A stretch of 64,000 nucleotides of DNA, from NCBI GenBank assembly GCA_900543505.1, contig UQSB01000002.1, forward strand, positions 15,663 to 79,662, read 5' to 3'. Numbering within the stretch: the stretch's first letter is position 1; each line of letters opens with the position of its first letter. Shown here piece by piece: positions 60,778-64,000 of the stretch. The notes under the pieces were generated by a model. That model did not search any database and was not told the DNA's origin. It was given only the letters and a program-made list of their open reading frames with translations. The DNA is from an uncultured Collinsella sp. Its GTDB lineage: Bacteria; Actinomycetota; Coriobacteriia; Coriobacteriales; Coriobacteriaceae. The position numbers and the translations under genes were made by a program.

Positions 60778-62586
60778 ATGTACTGTCGACTTCTTCTCAA
60801 ACTGATCCTAAGAGACAGGGCCGCATGGATTTGTACGCTCGTTCTCGCTGCAGCCTTTTCCGTCCCCATTGCGTTCAATTCACCCATCTACGGGCCCTTC
60901 TTTATGAAGCAGGGCATGCAGAGCTTTGTCGACGCATTCAATACGCGCGCACCCCAGGCCAGCGGCACAGACCTATCTCCAGAGCAGCAAGCTGACGCGG
61001 AGCTTGCAAGATACGCGAACGCCGCCCTTGCCGCTCAAACCGACGCCGCCTTTCTCGATTCTGCCGAGAGCTACTACGCGCTCATGGACGAAGGCTTCCA
61101 ATCCGGGTCCATCGTGGGAGACCGAGAGACCAATGACGCAGACCTCGCGTATTGCCGTGCCCTGAGCAGCTCCGGCATCACGGATATCCCAGCCTCCGCA
61201 AACGACCTGCCATTCCTTTCCTTCCTGCCTTACGCCATTGCCACGGCGCCGTCTTTCCTTCCCTTCATCCCCTTCCTTCTCTCGTCGATACTCGTGCTCG
61301 GCGCCACAAGGCCCGGGACCCTGGCGGCAAAGGCGCCCGCGCCCAAATTCCGGCGCCTTATCCAGATCGTGTTTTCGATAATCGTCGCGGGGACCGCGAT
61401 GCTCCTCGCCGGCCTCGCACCCGGGGGCATTTACGCCTTGGTCCTAAACGGCTTCGGGCAAATTGGGTACCCGATCGCCTTCTTCCATGACGGCGCGCTT
61501 ACCACCACGACCGCGGGAAACGTCTTCACAGCCCTGCTTCTCGCGCTGCTTGCGGGCGGAACCTTGATATCCGTTTGCTCCGCCGTCCTATCGACCGCAA
61601 CGAGGCGCGTCCTCGCGGGCCCCCTCACCTCCGCGCTGCTTGTCGCGGCCCCGGCATTCCCGTTGCTGTCCGATTCGGCACTAGGGCATAATGCCGTGCT
61701 CGGGCTCCTGCCACTGCCCGTATTCTCGCCTATCGAGGCAACGGGTTACGTAGGATGCTTCCCGACAGAATTCATTGGCTCCGGTTCAGGCAGCGCATCG
61801 ATGCTTGCCGTGGCCCTGGCATACGTCGCGGTCTTTTTTACGGTCGGCGCCGTTGCGACACGTTCGCCCAAACAGTCTGGACCCGCTAAAAAGCACCATG
61901 GGCTCGAGCTTCTGGACGCGAGCGTGGGATACGGGAGCACGACGATACTTTCAATCGGGTCGCTTTTCCTGAGCCCGGGAACGGCGGCGGGCCTCGTTGC
62001 TCCCAACGGCTCGGGGAAAACCACCCTTCTTGAAGCGCTGTCGGGCCAATTTCCCACCCGCATCCGCTCGGGAAGACTGGCGGCAGACGGAATCTGCCAA
62101 CGTCGATCAGCCGAATTTGCAGAACTCGTCTACCTGAGCTCTTCGGGCGGCGCGGATCTCTACCCCACGCTATCGGCCATCGAGCACCTTGCTTTCGTTA
62201 GGGAGGCGTGGAAATCGGCCGCCGACATCGACTCGCTCTGCGACTCCCTCGGAATCTCCCCATATCTCGACAAGCCGACCCGTAAACTCTCGACAGGAAT
62301 GAAGCAGCAGGTAAAGCTTGCCATGGCGATAGCGACCGATTGCCCGTACCTCATCCTCGATGAACCGCTGAACGGCCTCGATCCGGGAAAGCGGAAAACC
62401 TCCTGCGACGCGATGCGCAGCGAGGTGGCGCGGGGACGCAGCGTGCTCATTTCAAGCCATCTGCTCGACGACCTGGCAGACCTCACCAACTCGTTCTACT
62501 TCATCGAGGCCGGCGCGCTCGTGGAAAAGATCAAGTCGTCCTCGCAGACGCTCAAGCAGGAATACCTCGATACATACGAGAGATGA
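60778..62586 (+). CDS. Fused ABC-2 permease (N-terminal, about 370 aa) plus ABC ATPase (C-terminal) protein
   Basis: C-terminal Walker A GLVAPNGSGKTT, LSTGMKQQ, ILDEP; N-terminal multi-TM region paralogous to the upstream permease. Confidence 0.8.
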   Translation: MYCRLLLKLILRDRAAWICTLVLAAAFSVPIAFNSPIYGPFFMKQGMQSFVDAFNTRAPQASGTDLSPEQQADAELARYANAALAAQTDAAFLDSAESYYALMDEGFQSGSIVGDRETNDADLAYCRALSSSGITDIPASANDLPFLSFLPYAIATAPSFLPFIPFLLSSILVLGATRPGTLAAKAPAPKFRRLIQIVFSIIVAGTAMLLAGLAPGGIYALVLNGFGQIGYPIAFFHDGALTTTTAGNVFTALLLALLAGGTLISVCSAVLSTATRRVLAGPLTSALLVAAPAFPLLSDSALGHNAVLGLLPLPVFSPIEATGYVGCFPTEFIGSGSGSASMLAVALAYVAVFFTVGAVATRSPKQSGPAKKHHGLELLDASVGYGSTTILSIGSLFLSPGTAAGLVAPNGSGKTTLLEALSGQFPTRIRSGRLAADGICQRRSAEFAELVYLSSSGGADLYPTLSAIEHLAFVREAWKSAADIDSLCDSLGISPYLDKPTRKLSTGMKQQVKLAMAIATDCPYLILDEPLNGLDPGKRKTSCDAMRSEVARGRSVLISSHLLDDLADLTNSFYFIEAGALVEKIKSSSQTLKQEYLDTYER

Positions 62587-62772
62587 ATGTGGGGGAGTGT
62601 TCGGATGAAGTTGATATTTAAGGTCCAGCTCGTGTTGTGCCGAAAAGACCGTGAACCTTTTGTGGGACGCTCGGCGCCGTGGTACCATAGCCGAGTTTGT
62701 TGTCTTGGTCGGAAACCAAGACGCCTTATGCGCTGATCGGTAACCAGCGCCTGACCAATAAGGAGTCCTACC

Positions 62773-63198
62773 ATGAAGCAGGGTATCCATCCCCAGTATG
62801 TCGAGTGCACGGTGACGTGCTCCTGCGGCAACACCTTCAAGACGCACGCTACCGTGTCCGAGATGAAGGTCGAGCTTTGCAACGAGTGCCACCCGTTCTA
62901 CACCGGCCAGCAGAAGTTCGTCGACACCGGTGGACGCGTCCAGCGCTTCGCCGACAAGTTCGGTGGCGCCGCTGCCGCCCAGCTCAAGAAGGCTGAGGAG
63001 GCCAAGGCCGCCAAGGCCGCCAAGGCTGCTGAGGCCGAGGCCGCTCGCAAGGCCGCCGCTGAGGCTAAGGCTGCCGAGAAGGCTAAGCGTGCTGCTAAGT
63101 TCGCCGAGGAGGCTGCCAAGCAGGCCGCCGAGGCTCCCGCAGAGGCTCCCGTCGAGGAGGCCGCTGCCGAGGCCGAGACCACCGAGGCTGCTGAGTAA
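62773..63198 (+). CDS. rpmE: 50S ribosomal protein L31 (zinc-binding type) with about 70-aa Ala/Lys/Glu-rich C-terminal extension
   Basis: N-terminal 70 aa is typical L31 (CxCG...CxxCH); the tail is low-complexity. Confidence 0.85.
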   Translation: MKQGIHPQYVECTVTCSCGNTFKTHATVSEMKVELCNECHPFYTGQQKFVDTGGRVQRFADKFGGAAAAQLKKAEEAKAAKAAKAAEAEAARKAAAEAKAAEKAKRAAKFAEEAAKQAAEAPAEAPVEEAAAEAETTEAAE

Positions 63199-63269
63199 CT
63201 AGCTCGCCGCGGAATCGCTCGCATTCATGGCATAAGGGCCGTGCATCCGTTTGGGTGCGCGGCCCTTTT

Positions 63270-63385
63270 CTTTTTATTGGTGCAAGCTAACCTGTCCCCG
63301 TGGCACCAAATGGCAGAGAGACGGCGTTTGCTCAGATAAAACTTGCCAAAATAAACCTGTCCCATTGTGGCAGGTTGGTCATAGT
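63270..63385. repeat. Second copies of both the TGGTGCAAGCTAACCTGTCCCC element and the AGATAAAACTTGCCAAAATAAACCTGTCCC-hairpin element
   Basis: Direct comparison with 49851-49880 and 2905-2955. Confidence 0.55.
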
Positions 63386-63505
63386 TATTACGTGGCGGTC
63401 GAGGTCGACCGTATAGGCCGCGCCTTGTTTGGCTAAAGTACAATCATCTGTGTTTAACTCGCCCGCAGCTGCACGGCGTGGGCGATGGCCAAAAAGGAAA
63501 ACCAC

Positions 63506-64000
63506 ATGGGATTCATGTCAAAGCTGCTGTCCTTTGGATCCGATAAGGACCTTAAGCGCTACTACAAGATCGTCGACCAGATCAACGGTCTTGAGCCCCA
63601 GTTTGAGAAGATGACCGAGGAGGAACTCCGCGGCCAGACCGATAAGTTCCGCGAGCGTTACGCCAACGGCGAGTCGCTTGACGACATGCTCCCCGAGGCC
63701 TTTGCCACCGTGCGTGAGGCTTCCAAGCGCACCATGGGTATGCGCCACTTTGACGTGCAGCTCATTGGCGCCATGGCACTGCACGAGGGCCACATCGCCG
63801 AGATGAAGACCGGCGAAGGTAAGACCCTCGTCTCCACGTTGGCTGGCTATCTCAACGCTATTGCCGGCAAGGGCGTGCACGTCGTTACTGTCAATGATTA
63901 CCTTGCCAAGCGCGACTCCGAGTGGATGGGCCGCATCTATAAGTACCTGGGCATGACCGTCGGTCTGCTCCAGAACAACATGCCGCTCGAGCTCAAGCGT
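63506..64000 (+). CDS. secA: Preprotein translocase ATPase SecA, N-terminal part; runs off the window end
   Basis: MGFMSKLL...[26 protein letters not shown] Walker A region; AAAGGAAA RBS. Confidence 0.9.
   Translation, partial: MGFMSKLLSFGSDKDLKRYYKIVDQINGLEPQFEKMTEEELRGQTDKFRERYANGESLDDMLPEAFATVREASKRTMGMRHFDVQLIGAMALHEGHIAEMKTGEGKTLVSTLAGYLNAIAGKGVHVVTVNDYLAKRDSEWMGRIYKYLGMTVGLLQNNMPLELKR

Overview
High-GC (about 65%) actinobacterial window, probably a Coriobacteriia-type gut anaerobe; this is a guess from GC content and gene content only. Most of the annotation rests on protein-motif recognition, and many long antisense ORFs in the supplied track are high-GC artefacts.

**Layout, in order along the window**
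- 1–7.6 kb: housekeeping genes (a Gfo/Idh/MocA oxidoreductase, a DeoR regulator, an RluA pseudouridine synthase, a large U32 peptidase, RidA).
- 7.6–31.1 kb: a large selenium-dependent molybdenum-hydroxylase (SDMH) / anaerobic purine-urate catabolism cluster homologous to the E. coli ygeV–ygfT region. Recognised members are an NCS2 permease, SsnA, YgfK, a poly-ferredoxin, XdhD, DpaL/YgeX, YgeY, YgeW, MocA/YgfJ, the hydantoinase HyuA, YqeC, YqeB and XdhC, plus two YheO-like regulators.
- 17.3–21.1 kb, bisecting that cluster: a lower-GC accessory insert. It holds an intact COG1672 AAA+ ATPase fused to a DUF234 PD-(D/E)xK nuclease, embedded in arrays of about 62-bp palindromic repeats with direct-repeat flanks. 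It also holds a frameshifted DUF4143 ATPase remnant, two further tandem-repeat families, and a Pro/Ala-rich tail-anchored membrane protein.
- 31.4–41.2 kb: the spc/alpha ribosomal operons (rplE through rplQ), which abut the SDMH cluster directly.
- 41.2–55.6 kb: truA, a GT2 glycosyltransferase, argR, PBP1A, a second U32 peptidase, tyrS, adenine deaminase, two Cof hydrolases, citrate synthase and an ACT-domain protein.
- 55.7–62.6 kb: a mobile-element remnant consisting of a truncated tyrosine integrase, a DUF2975/YozG pair, and paralogous ABC exporter genes, one of them broken by a G6-tract frameshift.
- 62.8–64.0 kb: rpmE (L31) with a long Ala/Lys-rich tail, and the start of secA.

Two short intergenic repeat families are dispersed through the window, and several hairpins that look like cis-regulatory elements are reported individually below.
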